Part shown: one piece after another, positions 53,029-64,000 of the stretch
How positions within the stretch are numbered: position 1 is the first letter of the stretch
Layout: each line of letters opens with the position of its first letter
From: Octopus vulgaris
Lineage: Eukaryota
Direction of reading: 5' to 3'
DNA: 64,000 nt
NCBI GenBank assembly: GCA_951406725.2
Contig: OX597827.1
Location: 28,272,001 to 28,336,000 of the forward strand
Notes under the pieces: generated by a model
The model's input: the letters and a program-made list of their open reading frames with translations, nothing else
What the model was told of the DNA's origin: nothing
Database searches by the model: none
Made by a program: the position numbers and the translations under genes

Positions 53029-55184
53029 CTAGCTGAAGGTGACCCGCTCTACGCGCGGGTAAGATTGCGGTTGTTACTTTCTGTTGCTTCCTTTCAGCAC
53101 GTAAAAAGCACCATCCGAACGTGGCCGATTGCAGAGCCGCCTTGACTGGCTTCTGTGCCGGTGGCACGTAAAAAGCACCAACCGATCGTGGCAGCTGCGA
53201 GCTCCCCTGGCACCTGTGCCGGCGGCACGAAAAAGGCACCCACTACACTCACAGAGTGGTTGGTGTTAGGAAGGGCATCCACCTGTAGAAACACTCCCAG
53301 ATCAGACTGGAGCCTGGTGCAGCCTCCTGGCTTCCCAGACCCCGGTCAAACTGTCCAACCTGTGCTAGCACGGAAAACGGACGTTAAACGATGATGATGA
53401 TGATTCTCCCTCTTTGTTTCTCTCTCCTTTCTCTCTCACTTTCCCCACTCTCTTACCCTTCCTTTCTCTCGGACTCTCCCTCGCTTTCTCTTACTCTCTA
53501 TCTTTATCTATCTCTCCCCCATGTATAAACAACAAAAGATGTTGAGTAAGTTGAGAAATAAAATATTTAGAAAGATCAATCATAAATATCAGGCAGTGGC
53601 AACGGCAAGGTCTGCTTCAAGATAGACAGCTAAACGCTAACATTTAAAAGGGACAGACGAACTTGCGAGCTGAATAAAAATAATAAAATATTGGAAACCA
53701 AAGTTTGAAGGGATAGAATCTGAGGATAGTAGAGTCACCATGGCTGGCATTTCTTAACGACGGACAGCAACGTTTTGACAATTTAACGGCTGGCGTAAAA
53801 TTTTGAACTTGATGTAAAAGAAAATTCGTAAACACCAAGTTTTGAAGTGATTCTTTCTCACGACAGTAGACTCACCATGGCAAGCATTCAAAACTTCTTC
53901 ATCATGGATTGCAACACATTGACGATTAAAAGGCTGGCGCAAATTTTTTTACTTGATGTAACAGAGAATTCCTAAACACTCGCTCCTTTAAATTTTAATC
54001 CCCTTCCAGCCCCATTTAGACCCCTTTTCACATTTTGGTTAATATAACCCGATTTCATTCGGGTGCCACATTTTATAAGATGAAGAATTTTGTCCTAGAG
54101 GTCACGCGTTTCATTTGAGGAAAGAATAGTTGTCATTCAAACTTGCCAGCACTTTTAACATAGCTCTGCATATTTTCAGCTGAACCGACCGACCACATAA
54201 TGCACACATTATATATATATATATGAGTGTGTGTGTGTGCACGCATTATATATACAAATGTATACAAATTTTATATATATATGTGTATAAATTAAATTAG
54301 AGATAAAACCACTAATAGGCAAATCAAACAGTGAAAAACGAAAAAGAAAAACATAAAAATAAAAATATAATATAGAAAATATAGAAAATATAAAATTGAA
54401 AAATTTAAATTATTTAAATTTAAAATAAAAATTATTAAGTTATATTTATAATTTGTTTAAAAAATATATAACTATGAAAAGTATTAAAAAGTTTAATATA
54501 CATAAATACAGATATATACACTTTGTATATATACATTATATATGCATATTTATATATAGAACACACACACACATACATTATATATACATATTTATATATA
54601 GAACACACACACACATATAAATGAACGCAAGAAATATCTGATTCGTAATATTTGTTCTCATGCTCGTGTGTTGTTGGTGGCGATGATAATTATCTCTATG
54701 AATGCAGACAGATACATAAAAGAACGCCGAAGTGATGGGAAGGTAGGAAACGGAGTGAGTGAAAAAGTGCTGAGAAGAAAGGAAATAGCGAGAGTGAGTT
54801 GAGAAAGACAGATACATTAAAGAACGTGAGTGGACTTGTCAAAGTGGGTTTTTGTCTCTCTATGAATGCAGACAGACCACATAAAAGAACGCTGAAGTGA
54901 TGGGAAGGTAGGAAACAGAGTGAGTGAAAAAGTGCTGGGAAGAGAGGAAATAGCGAGAGGGAGTTGAGGAAGACAGATACATTAAAGAACGTGGGTGGAC
55001 TTGTCAAAGTGAGTTTTTGGCCCTAGCAAAGACACCTTTTAAGATAGGGATTTCTAAGGTAGCCCACGGGCATCGTCACCTCATTTTACATGTCCCTGTA
55101 AATTTTGGAGTGAATTCGACGGGATGTAGTGGCTTTGAAAGCGATCCAAGCGATAAAAACGCATTTCAGTTTTATATATAGAGA
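53029..55184 (-). mobile_element. Non-autonomous Helitron, copy B (2156 bp), head-to-tail with copy A
   Basis: Same termini; A|TC start at 55184; highly similar to copy A apart from a different central insert and a ~165-bp internal duplication (~54695-55020). Confidence 0.85.
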
Positions 55185-55240
55185 TTATTTGGAAATGGAT
55201 GCGTCGCGTTCAATTAAATAATAGACAATAAATAATATAA

Positions 55241-55379
55241 AGTGGTGGTATGTTGAGACCTTAATGTAACAGTCCCATGAAAGGGAAGAATGCTACTACT
55301 CTTTAGCCTAGGGCTAAATAGCAGTAGTATTCTTCCCTTTCATGGGACTGTCACATAAAGGTCTCAACATACCGCCACT
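55241..55379. repeat. Near-perfect 139-bp palindrome (foldback)
   Basis: Arms of ~68 bp, AGTGGTGGTATGTTGAGACC...TTTAGCC / GGCTAAA...GGTCTCAACATACCGCCACT, with 6 mismatches by my count and almost no spacer. Confidence 0.9.
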
Positions 55380-55630
55380 CAATCGTACTACTACTGTATA
55401 AATTTGAAAGATTTAGAAATGTATTATTTATATAAAAATAGTAATATATAATATATATATATAGGTATATATACACACACAGACATACATAGATGTATGG
55501 GTACCGAACGCTACCAACGATGCGAATAATATGAAATACACGCTCTTCAACAGAAAGGATTGCGAGAAAATAAACAGAGAGAGAATAAAAGAGAGAAAAT
55601 ATAAAAAAGCTTTAGAGGTTGGCGATCAAT

Positions 55631-55686
<56 letters not shown>

Positions 55687-55724
55687 ATATTATTTATCAT
55701 TTATTATATGTGTGTGTGCGTGGA

Positions 55725-55910
55725 CATGTGTTATTGTGTCTTTATCCCCTTCTTCCGCTTGACCACCGGTGTTGGTGTGTTTACGTCACGTAACTAAGTA
55801 GTTCAACAAAAGAGACCCAAAGAATAAGTACCAGCATTAAGATAATAAATACTTGAACCGATTCGTTCGTCTAGAAATTCTTCAATGCGTTGCTCCAGCA
55901 TGGTCCTCAA
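55725..55910 (+). mobile_element. SINE family A, 3' half
   Basis: CGCTTGACCACCGGTGTTGGTGTGTTTACGTC...AGAATAAGTAC...TGCTCCAGCATGG. Confidence 0.72.
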
Positions 55911-57102
55911 TCTAATAATAAACGATATAAACGCAGGAACTTGGCTGACTTTCTTCAGAATTAATGTCAATAATTCCATTGTAACAGGTGGTCATAGTCA
56001 TAAACAAAATGTTGATATGTTCACTTCGCAACCATAAGTACTTAGATTCGAAACCACTGTTTGGTACTTTGCGCAAGAGTCTCGAGTCCACCCAAGTCTT
56101 ATGGATGTAAATTGGGTAAATGGAAGGAAACTGTGTGATGCTCATCGATAGGAATGCCATATATTGTATCACGCTGATTGTACCAGGAAATTATACGTGT
56201 CAACGGAACAGCCAGCCTTTTGCAAGTCAATTTAGCTTCTAGGTTGTCTTCATTTGATCGATATAGCTGAATGCTCCTTGCTGAAAATCAACAAAGGACT
56301 AATTGTTTTTTAAAATATCTTGTCATGTAGCCCTAGGTAAGCTCTGAATCATCAATACATATGATCAGAAGTGTGCCAAATCCGATTAAAACCGTAGATC
56401 CGATTCAGGAATGGTTCGAGGTGCGGTGTGTTATTCTTTGTTTACCTACGCCGTACCTAGAGCCACCAATTCCGAGTGGGAGCTACGGTTGGAATTGGAT
56501 TTGTTACTTACATATATGCAGTACATATACATGTATGCGTGTGTGCGTGTGTGTGCGTGTGTCTGTGTGTGCGTGTGTCTCTGTGTGTGTATGTGTATGT
56601 GTGTGTGGGTGTGTGTATGTGTGTGTGTGGAAAGAGAGAGAAAGAGATTGAGATACCGATTTTCAAATACCATAAATATAGTTTTGATTAGTTAAGATCA
56701 TCTCATCAGGAGGATATATCATAATTAGAAAATGGCAATTGAGACCAACTCCATTTGAGGAGGAGAGATAATCTGAAGATTAAAAAATTCTCCAAAGCTG
56801 ACATTTCATAAAGAGAAAGACCAGGATTATTCTTGACTGAATCAAAAATGGCACCGCATATACCATCTCTCGACTCTGAAGAAGAGTATGATTGTGTCGA
56901 AGAATTTTCAAAGATGTAAGGCATCACCTGATTCATAAGAAAATATCGATTCGGCGTCTCGAAAGACTTGACTGGTTATGACTTACACAAGCATTGGTCG
57001 ATATATATATACGTACATAAATAGATATAGATATATATGTACACCCGCGCACACACATATACGCACACGCACAACACGCGCGCATATATGTATGTGTGTG
57101 TT

Positions 57103-57139
<37 letters not shown>

Positions 57140-57757
57140 CAGGTCACTTTCGTGTGTTACTGGTATAACCTGTTGCATGGTCGGGCCGTCGGCGTCTAAA
57201 TCGGCAACCCCACCAAGCTTGCTTGCTGAGGAGGGTTTTTATTGGACACCCTGCGGCATGAAAAACAAAACCCATCAAAGAGCGGAGGAACTCTTGAGAG
57301 TCAACGGCTATCCAATAAATGTCTTAAGGCTGTATCCTGCGCGGGAACATAGAAATAATCGGACTGAATACCCGATTGCGCGGTTAAACCATTGGGAGTG
57401 AAGCACTCCTAGCCTTTTTTAGGGCATCCTTCTAAGAGAAGGTAACTCAGGTAACTGGGATAACTCCGACATAAAACCTGCGGCTCAGTGGTTTCCGATG
57501 ATGTTGACTTTTCGGATTATGGCTGCCGTTGCTTAGTGAGTGGGATTGACACGGTGCACAGCCTTTCCTCACTTTAAAAAAAATCTTCTTGCACAGGCAT
57601 TGCACGATAGCAACATTGTTCATGATTGTTGATAGTGCTGTGAGTCTCATCTGAATAGCTGGCTGTAGCTTTAAAAAGCAAATAAAAGCCACATTCGATC
57701 TCAGCACCAATAACAGTTAAGCTTCGTGTAATGGCCATACTCGATAACGAGGAGGCA

Positions 57758-57765
<8 letters not shown>
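57140..57765 (+). mobile_element. Bipartite non-autonomous RTE derivative (putative 5' UTR + RTE 3' end)
   Basis: 57677-57765 matches the RTE 3' end at 19063-19146 (CATTCGATC.CAGCACCA.TAACAGTTAAGCTTCGTG..ATGGCCATACTCGATAACGAGG.GGCAGCCAT). The upstream ~500 bp is GC-richer, structured and non-coding. Confidence 0.65.
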
Positions 57766-57811
<46 letters not shown>

Positions 57812-57956
57812 TCATATGTCTGTAGGTATGCATGTATCTATGTACATGTATGTGTGTATATATATGTATAGCTCTTATCTATGTACATTTACATATATAC
57901 ATACATGCATATACATCAATCTTGGTCTCTCTTTCTTTCTTTCTCTATCTAAAAGA

Positions 57957-58002
<46 letters not shown>

Positions 58003-58027
58003 GTATACGTGTGTGGATGCATGTATA

Positions 58028-58077
<50 letters not shown>

Positions 58078-58079
<2 letters not shown>

Positions 58080-59008
58080 CCAGCCAATATATAAACACAA
58101 AAACCGGGAAAATATTCACAAACGCGAATATGAACTGCAAAAGCAGAAATTTAATTTACTGCATCAAATGTCCAAATTGTGAAAAAATATATGTAGGTCA
58201 GACGGGAAATGCACTATCAGAACGCTCACGTGTACACCGGCAACAGATTAGAGACCCAGAGGTCCGTCAGATACCTTTGAGTAACCACCTAGCAACATGT
58301 GGCCGGAAAATATATATATTTCCATTCTACAAATTACACAGCCCAAGTGAAATCGAGAGGAAAATCAGAGAAAAGAATTTTATTGATAAATTCGAACCCA
58401 AGCTAAATAAGGAATAATAATAATACTTAGATAGCAGGAAAATTATCTTATTTAGGGTTAAAAGTTCTATTGCCACCACCATCACCACTAGCAATAATAA
58501 TTAAGGTGCTGACAATGATGATGATGACAATTGAAATATAAAAATACAAAAATCTCTGACAAAGGCTATTTACAACATTTCTAATAATAGCCCAACAATT
58601 GCTGCTTCGACCAGGGTCAAGATACAGGACTCTTGACGTGTCCAACAAAGCGTGATGCCTAAACCAATCAGCTCAACCAACCAATCAGCTTAAGTAATTG
58701 AGTGATACTACACACTGATTGGTCAGAATACAGTTTGCAAAACTTAGCATCTGGAGCCTACACAGCTGTATTTAAAGCACAGATTCAATCATCTTGCTAC
58801 AGTCGAAAATTGTGAAGCATGACTATCACCACTACTACATGAACCTGAAGATTGCAGAATTTAATGCATGAAAGTACTAGTTCAATCAGAATGAACATTT
58901 AACATTCTACTACTTTATTTTATTCTATTATAATATATTATCTTATAATATATCATTATAAGATTGTAAATAAAACGTTAAAATCAGACAAGCTTGGAAT
59001 TCCTTTTA

Positions 59009-59010
<2 letters not shown>
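58078..59010 (+). mobile_element. 5'-truncated Penelope-like element family A
   Basis: GIY-YIG segment ([21 protein letters not shown]) and 3' region nearly identical to 31590-32595. Confidence 0.92.
58840..58884 (+). ncRNA. Minimal type I hammerhead ribozyme (PLE family A, intact core)
   Basis: TGAAC CTGAAGA T-TGCA GAATTTAA TGCA-T GAAA GTAC TA GTTCA: perfect 5-bp stem I, 4-bp stem II, palindromic stem III. Confidence 0.75.
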
Positions 59011-59043
<33 letters not shown>

Positions 59044-59051
59044 TTCTCGTT

Positions 59052-59449
59052 TTCTCTTTTACTTGTTTCAGTCATTTGACTGCGGCCATGCTGGAACACC
59101 GCCTTTTAATCGAGCAACTCGACCCCGGGACTTATTCTTTTTAACCCCAGTACTTATTCTATCGGTCTATTTTGCCGAGCCGCTAAGTGACGGGGACATA
59201 AGCACACGAGCATCGGTTGTCAAGCAATGCTAGGGGGACAAACACAAACATACACGCACACACATATATACATGTATATACATATATACGACTGGCTTCT
59301 TTCAGTTTCCGTCTACCAAATCCACTCACAAGGCTTTGGTCGGCCCGAGGCTATAGCAGAAGACACTTGCCCAAGGTGCCACGCAGTGGGACTGAACCCG
59401 GAACCATGTGGTTGGTAAACAAGCTACTTACCACACAGCCACTCATGCG

Positions 59450-59450
<1 letters not shown>
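59052..59450 (-). mobile_element. SINE family A, best-preserved full-length copy
   Basis: Minus strand: GGCGCATGAGTGGCTGTGTGGTAAG (box A) ... GGTTCAGTCCC (box B) ... (TG/TA)n ... GGCGGTGTTCCAGCATGGCCGCAGTCAAATGACTGAAACAAGTAAAAGAG. Confidence 0.88.
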
Positions 59451-59489
<39 letters not shown>

Positions 59490-59509
59490 TAATTATACAC
59501 ACAGACACA

Positions 59510-59565
<56 letters not shown>

Positions 59566-60437
59566 CTTACATATACATAAGTAGCAATATATATATAGTT
59601 ATGTTTATAAATATTAGCGTGTGGTTTTGAGTATATATTTACATACATACGTAGGTATAAAAGTCTGTATGAGTCTGTGCATGTATTTATTTAGTCATTG
59701 TAATGTGTATCTTGGTCGAATACACTGCAAAAATACTCTGCAAAAAGCAAAACAAGAGAAAAAGCAGTCAGTGAACTAAAGGTCTTTATGCAGCTGTAAC
59801 GACTCAAGTCTAAAAGAGATACAGATTTAGTGTAACAAATAGAATATGATAAAAAAAGAATGTAAATAAACCTCAAACCAAAATGGAAGGTATAAAAAGA
59901 AAACACGAGAATATAGAACATTTGAGGTTGGCTGGCTGCTCGGTCGGTCGGTTGGCTTAAAGCAAACACAAAAACAACAGGTATTTGTGTTTCTAAGTTT
60001 GGAAAGATAATGTCTCGTTATTCCAGAAATAGGTGCAGAAATGGGGAAGAAAATTATGAATGAGGGAGTTACTGAAAACGAAATGTGGAGTGGGGGAGCT
60101 CTTTAGATACAAATAATCAAGCAATGAATATAATTAGTATAAACATATAAAAGTTAATATGTAAAAAAAAAAAAAAATTAGAAGTAGAAATAGGAATATA
60201 TAAATAAATAAATAAACAATGGTGTATTCCCCTGCCGCCCTGATAAAATGTAACTGCATAAATTTCTTCAGAAAGGGGGAGAGAACAATGAAAAATATCC
60301 CCCTAAAACCCTTAAAAATAATTCTACTATAGCATAAATAGTGCATACACACACGCACGCACACGTAATTGTATGTATGTATGTATTCATAAATATATAT
60401 ATATATATTTATATATATATATATATATATATATTTA

Positions 60438-60497
<60 letters not shown>

Positions 60498-60514
60498 CAT
60501 ATATATATATTTAT

Positions 60515-60587
<73 letters not shown>

Positions 60588-60589
60588 AA

Positions 60590-63440
60590 TCCTTAAATCC
60601 TTAAAAATGTTTCAGCCCGAAGGCCGCGGCCATGCTGGGGCACCACCGCTGAATGAGCTACACTAATTTGTGAATCCACCTCTGATACGTGGCACCTGAT
60701 CAACAAGGGAGTTCCACGCCGCTGCTCGCATCTGTGTCTCCTGTCGCGAAGTAGGCTCATCTGGGACTCCCGACAAGAAGAGATCCAGTTTAGTTTTAAA
60801 GAAACCCACACCCACACCATGTAAGTCTCTCAGGCATTTAGGGAGGATGTGGTTCTCTGAAACCCAAGCTGTTGCAGTATCTGGACCTGTATTTTGATGG
60901 TGATGTTGGAATCCTTGGCACCATGCAGTGGCGCCCCGTTCTGCGGTTGGGGTAACTTTGAATGCCAAAGTTTGGGACAAGACCCTCCATGATTTTCCAG
61001 ATGTATATCACCGTATATCTCTCCCGCCTCCGCTCTAGGGAGAAGAGGTTTAATACCTTCAGTCTTTCCCAGTAGCTGATATTTTGCATTGAGACGATTT
61101 TCTTTGTGTAGCTTCTCTGAATTGCTTCGAGTTCTGCTGTTAGTTTTATATTGTGTGGTGACCACAGTTGGGAGCAGTAGTTCAAGCGGCTGAGGACGAA
61201 TGTTTTCCATAGGACCATCAGTGTCTCCTTCTCTCTTGTTCTGAAAGTTCGGAGAATCCATCCAGCTAGCCGTCTGCATTTTATCACCAGATTAGCAATA
61301 TGCACTTGGAAAGATGCATCATTGCTCATGTCAATGCCCAGGTCACGCACTGATTTTGACTCAGGGATTGCAATTCTTCCTGGGCCAGTGTATCCAGTCA
61401 GCACGTCGTTTACCTTTGTGTGCCCTTAGCGCAGGGCCTGGAATTTACCTGCATTAAACTGCATGTTGTTGTCCTCAGCCCACCTGTATATTGTGTCCAA
61501 CTCCTGTTGCAGATGCGCAATATTTTCAGGGTTTTGTATTGCGTGGGAGACTTTTGTGTCATCTGTATAGCTAGCAAGGGTGGTCATCGTAGCAACTGAA
61601 GGCATGTCTGAAAGGGCCCCTATGAACATCAGTGGCCCCAAGACAGTACCCTGTGGGACACCGCTTGCTATTTGTGTTTCCTTGGAGGTGGCTCCATTGC
61701 TCACAACTGCCTGTTTTCTGTCTTTTAGGAAGTTGTGCAGCCACTCTCCAAGTTTTCCGCCTATGCCGAGACCACGCAGTTTGTGACAGATCATACCATG
61801 GTCGACCTTATCAAAGGCTTTTGCAAAGTCGAGATATATTACATCCACATTTGAGCCATTTAGTAGCTGTTTCAACACCCAGTCATAGTGTTGCAGGAGC
61901 TGTGTTAGGCAGCTTCTACCTGGTCGAAATCCATGCTGGGTGTCAGACAGCAAGTCATTTTCTTCAAGGAACATGATTAGTTTCTTACGGACTATTCGTT
62001 CCATGACTTTGCTGATGTGTGAGGTCAGAGAGATAGGCCTATAATTTTTAGCATCTGCTCTGCTACCTCCCTTATGGATAGGGCATATTACCCCCTCTTT
62101 CAATTTGACTGGGAGCTTACCACTTGCAAGAAAGCTCTTAAAAAGAAGCTATAGCGGTTTTGCAAGGGCTCGTTTGCACGATTTGAGAAGGATCGCTGGG
62201 AATCCATCAGGTCCAGCAGCTGAGTTTGTGTCAATCTCATCTATGGCTAGTGTGATATCATCATCTTCGATGTTGATGTACTCAATTTTTGCCACTTTGG
62301 CCGCAGGTAAGGTGGCAAAGAATTCTTCTGGGTTGTTTACTTGCCTCTGTCCTAGAGGTGTAGTGAACACACTTTGGAATTGTTCGTTCAGTATTTCACT
62401 TATCCTCGTGGGATTTCCTGTGAGAGAGCCATCTTTTTGGAAGAGAGGTCCTATTCTCTGGTGCACTGTGGCTGTCTCTTTGGCAAACTTAAAGAAAGCT
62501 TCTTTATCTGCTCTCTCCTTTTCATGGGGCTGATGCAGACTTTTCTCAGTTTCCATTAGCATTCTCTCGAGCCGAGACTTCTCACCACTTTTGGTGTGCT
62601 TGCTCAGGCCGTTCGCAATACTTGTCCGTCGTCTCATAAGAATCTTCCTTTCTCTAGGGATCCTGTTTTTGTTTTTGTGTGTGCTGGCACTGCACACTGG
62701 GACATATTTGTCACATATGGCTTGTATTATGGACATGAAGTGTTTGTGTTTCATGTTTATGTCCGGTGTGGAGAGACATTTAGGCCAATCCTGTTTGAGG
62801 ATCTCTTTCTCAATCAACTTCCAGTTTGCTTTATGAAAGTTTAAGTTGGAGAGATGGTGGATGTTTCGTATAGGCTGTGTGTCTACGGGGGCTTTTGTTC
62901 CATACATAGACAGCTCTATTATGTTGTGATCCGAGATCATTGTCGGCATCACATTAACATTATGGATAATATCCATATTGTTTGTGAAGCAGAGATCCAG
63001 AATATTATCTGCCCTTGTTATTTGCAGAACTATTTGCTCCATGAAAGAGGCATTTGTGAGATGGAGCAGGGATTCTACCTGCGCCTGCTGATGGTGTATC
63101 ATCCCTGGGAGCATCTACCCCCCCCCCAGGCCATTCCTCATTGGGGAGGTTAAAGTCACCCATGAAGAATACACTGTTGTGTTGTTCAAGGTTGGTGAGG
63201 ATTTCTCCTATTTTTGTTAGGCAGTCTTCAAACATGCCTCAGTGATTTGGGGCATCTGGTGGGCGATATATAGTGCATATGACGATATTCAGTTGTCTTA
63301 TGTGTACAAGTTTGAATATGACAACAGGACCTGGGGCGTGAGGTCATCTCGGATGTACATTGCAACTCCACAATGGCTCCTCCCTTTTCTATCTGTGCGT
63401 ATGACTGCATATTGCGGCATATGTATTTCTGCATCACCTA
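60590..63440 (-). mobile_element. 5'-truncated CR1/Jockey-group LINE ORF2 with intact 3' end and (TTAAGGAT)n tail
   Basis: Endonuclease (YRPP, MGDFNLP, LDLCFTN, SDHN), RT (NYRPISLTSH, QHGFRPGRSC, YLDFAKAFD, SGVPQGTVLGP, YTDD) and C-terminus (LNYCSQLWSP, ERRRERY); frameshifted. Confidence 0.93.
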
Positions 63441-63684
63441 TATATATATATAATCAAAATAAGCAACAAGCATATCCAGAGGTAATGCAGTACGATCGTT
63501 TCATGCGACTTCATTTAATTGAACAATGCAATCATTTCGTTACATCAATTTAAAATGTAGAGCAAACTTCAGCTGCACAAAGGCATAGAATTTAATTAAA
63601 TTAGGACACATTAGTATAATCGTACCTAAAATCTCCAAGAAGATAAGATAGACAAAGAACATATTTTACCAACAACATCATAGT

Positions 63685-63727
<43 letters not shown>

Positions 63728-64000
63728 GAAATATTAAAATAACTAAGTCTCTCTAAAAGAGAACAGCGGCAGCGTTCCCGGAAAATAATAGTTATCGCCA
63801 TACTAATATGGCATTCTTATAAAAATAAGAAAAAAGGCTGTCCGCTTATTAGCTCCATGAGGCCATCGCCTTAAGTTAGCTATTTGATACACAAACTATA
63901 TCCATATAACCTTCGAACAAGGGAGGTCAGTCGCTCCACACTACTTGACCGGCAGCTACAGACGCGTTTCGGGGTATTGCCTCATGGAGCTAATAAGCGG

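Noticed and set aside
56706-56936. Possible host exon (acidic short ORF, GTAAG donor-like site)
   Set aside because: No recognisable homology and no partner exons; unsupported without RNA data.

Overview
Animal genomic DNA that is AT-rich and saturated with microsatellites, and probably intronic or intergenic. The SINE, Penelope and microsatellite landscape resembles a cephalopod (Octopus-like) genome, but that assignment is an inference. I can support no host protein-coding exon, and almost all short ORFs in the track are microsatellite or antisense artefacts. The window is a nest of decayed mobile elements: two CR1/Jockey-group LINEs (one with a CCCH-finger ORF1), a near-full-length Tx1/L1-clade LINE, an RTE LINE with a bipartite non-autonomous derivative, R4/Dong-like RLE elements in (TAA)n, two Penelope-like (GIY-YIG) families, mariner remnants, Helitron/Helentron derivatives including an exact head-to-tail dimer, and several tRNA-derived SINE families. 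The most notable signal is non-coding: type I minimal hammerhead ribozyme (HHR) motifs from about five unrelated repeat families. One is a 444-bp tandem repeat with one HHR per unit, a candidate retrozyme or circular-RNA-producing element. The dominant SINE also shares a covarying 3' stem-loop with a CR1-group LINE in the same window.
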